From NCBI GenBank assembly GCA_900548005.1, contig URIZ01000001.1, positions 93,756 through 157,755 of the forward strand: a stretch of DNA of 64,000 bases. Reading direction: 5' to 3'. Position numbers and translations under genes: made by a program. This document shows positions 61,944 through 64,000 of this stretch, in pieces. Within the stretch, counting starts at the first letter, position 1. The number at the start of each line of letters is the position of its first letter. Source of the stretch: an uncultured Eubacteriales bacterium. Lineage in GTDB: Bacteria; Bacillota; Clostridia; Christensenellales; CAG-917. A model generated the notes under the pieces. That model searched no databases. It was not told the DNA's origin and saw nothing but the letters and a program-made list of their open reading frames with translations.

Positions 61944-64000
61944 ATGAAAAAAGTAATGATAGGAATGCTCATCTTGATACCGATTCTCATCCTTGTGATA
62001 GTTGCGCTCGTTTCAAGCATCATATCCATTCAGGCATGGATAAGCGTTGAAGACATAATTCTCAAACACAAGGGCACGGAAAACGTTGCCGAAGATATAT
62101 CTTTCAACTTTGCAAACGTTGCCAACAAGACGATAAATCTCTACGATTATATCGACGTCAAGGTGCTGCCAGACAAGGCGAACAAGTACACTGTTGAGTG
62201 GCACATCACAGGTGACGTCATCTGCACCGATGACGAGTATCAAGCAAAATACGAAAAGTACAAACAAGATCTTTCCGCTCTCAAATCAGAGCTTGAAAGC
62301 GAATATCCCAATTTCACCGATCCCGAACGCAAGAACGCGTACAAGACGGCAAAATCCCAATACGGCGACGACTCTGTCAAGATCATCAACGCAATGGCGG
62401 ACACGCTCTTGACAAGGGTTTATCCTGCCGCAAGTATGGTTGACGGAGAAGGCAATGACGTTGCGTCCAACACAACTGCGAAAATGGTGATCGGCTCATA
62501 CTGCAACTTCACGATCAAGGTCGTTGCAGAGACCGTTTCCAAGACGCTCAACGTGTCGGTTGTGGGCGACAATGTCGAGAGAGTCACTCTTGGCAATTTG
62601 GCAGGTGAAGACTCCAACGTCGCAGTGGGCGACAGCAAGCGTCTTGTGCCAAGCTACACGCCCATTGACAGCATCGTCAACTACACGATCTGGCACAGCG
62701 ACAACGAAGAAGTGGCAACAGTCGATCAAAACGGCGTTGTCAGCGCGCGCAAGGCAGGCACGGCAAACATCACCATGCAAGCAAGCGTGCACTCAACAGA
62801 AAAAGGCGCGTCACAATACGTCACGTCCGCTCCGTACACAATCACCGTCACGGCAAACGGCGCAAGCAGCGTGTTCGGCAAGGCTCTTTATACGTCCCGA
62901 AAGTCCTTCACGTTTGAAGAACTCGGAATTGACGCAAGCTCCACCGAAAAAGAAGGTTGCACCATTTCGGGAGATAACGTCACGATAACGGGCGATAAAG
63001 CCGTGATTCGCACGGCAAACGGCGATTTTGAGATTTTCTCGGTCGGCGCGGATTCTATCGTGATAGAAAACGTGGACTTCTATTCCAAGCAATCGGGATT
63101 TGTTCACGCCGTGGGCGAGCATACGCTCAAACTCAAAGCGATTTTTGCCGATGAACTTGCCACCGACACTCTCGGCGCAATCGAATGGTCTTCATCGGAT
63201 ACGGACGTTGCCACCGTCAACGACAATGGCGAAGTCACGGGATTGAAGAACGGCACGACAATCATAACCGCAAAGAGCGCGACCGCCACCACGAGCATCG
63301 AGATTCACGTGCAAAGCAAGATTGCGTCCATGCAACTGCGCACGTCCAATGCGCGCCTTGCAATCGGTCTTGCAAGAGAAGCGGTGTTTGCAAGCGAAAG
63401 ATACGTCAACGACGCTTTTGAAAAAGAGCCCAACTTTGTTGACATCGCAGTGCAGGGCGAGCCGAAAGACGCAACCGCGGAAGAGCTTGCGCTCTTCTAT
63501 TCCGCATACAAGTTCGAGATTGTGTCTGGCGGAGAATACGCGCACTTTGACGAAACAGTCGCAAACAGACTTGTGTTCGATTCTGCTCTGGAAGGCAAGG
63601 GCAAACAAAACATCGTTGTCCGCGTGAGCGCGCGCTATCCCAAATATGAAGGATTGAGCAGATTTACAACCGAAGAAGTGACAATCACTGCCGTCTACGG
63701 CGTTGCCGTCAAGAACATTGCCGAGCTTCGCAATGCTGCCAATTTCCAACAATCATACGCTCGTGCCGAAGGCAACTTCATCGGGCCCGAAATGACGTTG
63801 GATCTCAATCCCGAAGGCGGAAGATACTTTGTGTACACTCAACACGGATCGCACAAAACCTATGCGATTTGCCTTGAAAACAACATCGAGTTTGACAAAA
63901 ATTCGGACGGCACTCCCGTGCCTATCACTGGTGACAATAATATTAGACTGTATGGCAATTTGTACGGCAACAACCACATGATCTCATCGCTCAAAGGGCA
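61944..64000 (+). CDS. Paralogue of the preceding surface protein (3' end outside the window, absent from the ORF track)
   Basis: ATG at 61944 lies 8 nt after AAGGAG. The frame is open to the window end. Its translation, MKKVMIGMLILIPILILVIVALVSSIISIQAWISVEDI...VATVDQNGVVSARKAGTANITMQA..., is about 60-65% identical to 58861-61932 throughout. Confidence 0.85.
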   Translation, partial: MKKVMIGMLILIPILILVIVALVSSIISIQAWISVEDIILKHKGTENVAEDISFNFANVANKTINLYDYIDVKVLPDKANKYTVEWHITGDVICTDDEYQAKYEKYKQDLSALKSELESEYPNFTDPERKNAYKTAKSQYGDDSVKIINAMADTLLTRVYPAASMVDGEGNDVASNTTAKMVIGSYCNFTIKVVAETVSKTLNVSVVGDNVERVTLGNLAGEDSNVAVGDSKRLVPSYTPIDSIVNYTIWHSDNEEVATVDQNGVVSARKAGTANITMQASVHSTEKGASQYVTSAPYTITVTANGASSVFGKALYTSRKSFTFEELGIDASSTEKEGCTISGDNVTITGDKAVIRTANGDFEIFSVGADSIVIENVDFYSKQSGFVHAVGEHTLKLKAIFADELATDTLGAIEWSSSDTDVATVNDNGEVTGLKNGTTIITAKSATATTSIEIHVQSKIASMQLRTSNARLAIGLAREAVFASERYVNDAFEKEPNFVDIAVQGEPKDATAEELALFYSAYKFEIVSGGEYAHFDETVANRLVFDSALEGKGKQNIVVRVSARYPKYEGLSRFTTEEVTITAVYGVAVKNIAELRNAANFQQSYARAEGNFIGPEMTLDLNPEGGRYFVYTQHGSHKTYAICLENNIEFDKNSDGTPVPITGDNNIRLYGNLYGNNHMISSLKG

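Overview
The window is a 64-kb chromosomal segment of a spore-forming Firmicute that looks Clostridia-like. Supporting signs are AGGAGG-type ribosome-binding sites, spoVT-yabM-mazG synteny, a DnaD-domain/DnaI loader pair and lipoprotein lipoboxes. All calls come from reading the sequence and ORF translations by eye; no searches were run.

Layout:
- 1-10.4 kb: right end of a siphovirus-type prophage. It carries the tape measure C-terminus, tail-tip proteins, two tail-fibre genes, an A118-like holin, no recognisable endolysin, and two overlapping large serine recombinases.
- 10673-10748 (-): tRNA-Ala(GGC).
- 10.9-55.5 kb: ordinary housekeeping and transport genes. These include two GPH/MFS symporters, MarR plus an M28-like membrane protein, an M24 aminopeptidase, xpt, a BMP-type nucleoside ABC system, yhbY, a CDF exporter, potABCD with an XRE-cupin regulator, sdaA, typA, DnaD-domain/DnaI, spoVT-yabM-mazG-dus-trmL, pgk-tpiA-gpmI and a CPA2 antiporter.
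- 55.7-64 kb: a small membrane protein, an ABC ATPase, a 568-aa exporter permease and two tandem paralogous ~1000-aa membrane-anchored Ig-like surface proteins. The second runs off the window and is absent from the ORF track.

I found no canonical defence system, CRISPR array, toxin-antitoxin pair or biosynthetic cluster.

The signal I consider most likely to be new is non-coding:
- A family of ~130-nt long-hairpin elements sits on the stop codons of + strand genes (four copies). Their internal helices covary. Their outermost stem is an inverted copy of the last codons of whichever gene lies upstream.
- Two ~0.55-kb gene-free loci lie downstream of two of these elements. Both are built from the same short hairpin modules in rearranged or inverted order.

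Secondary candidates are the endolysin-less prophage end with its tandem recombinases, and the ABC-exporter/tandem surface-protein locus.
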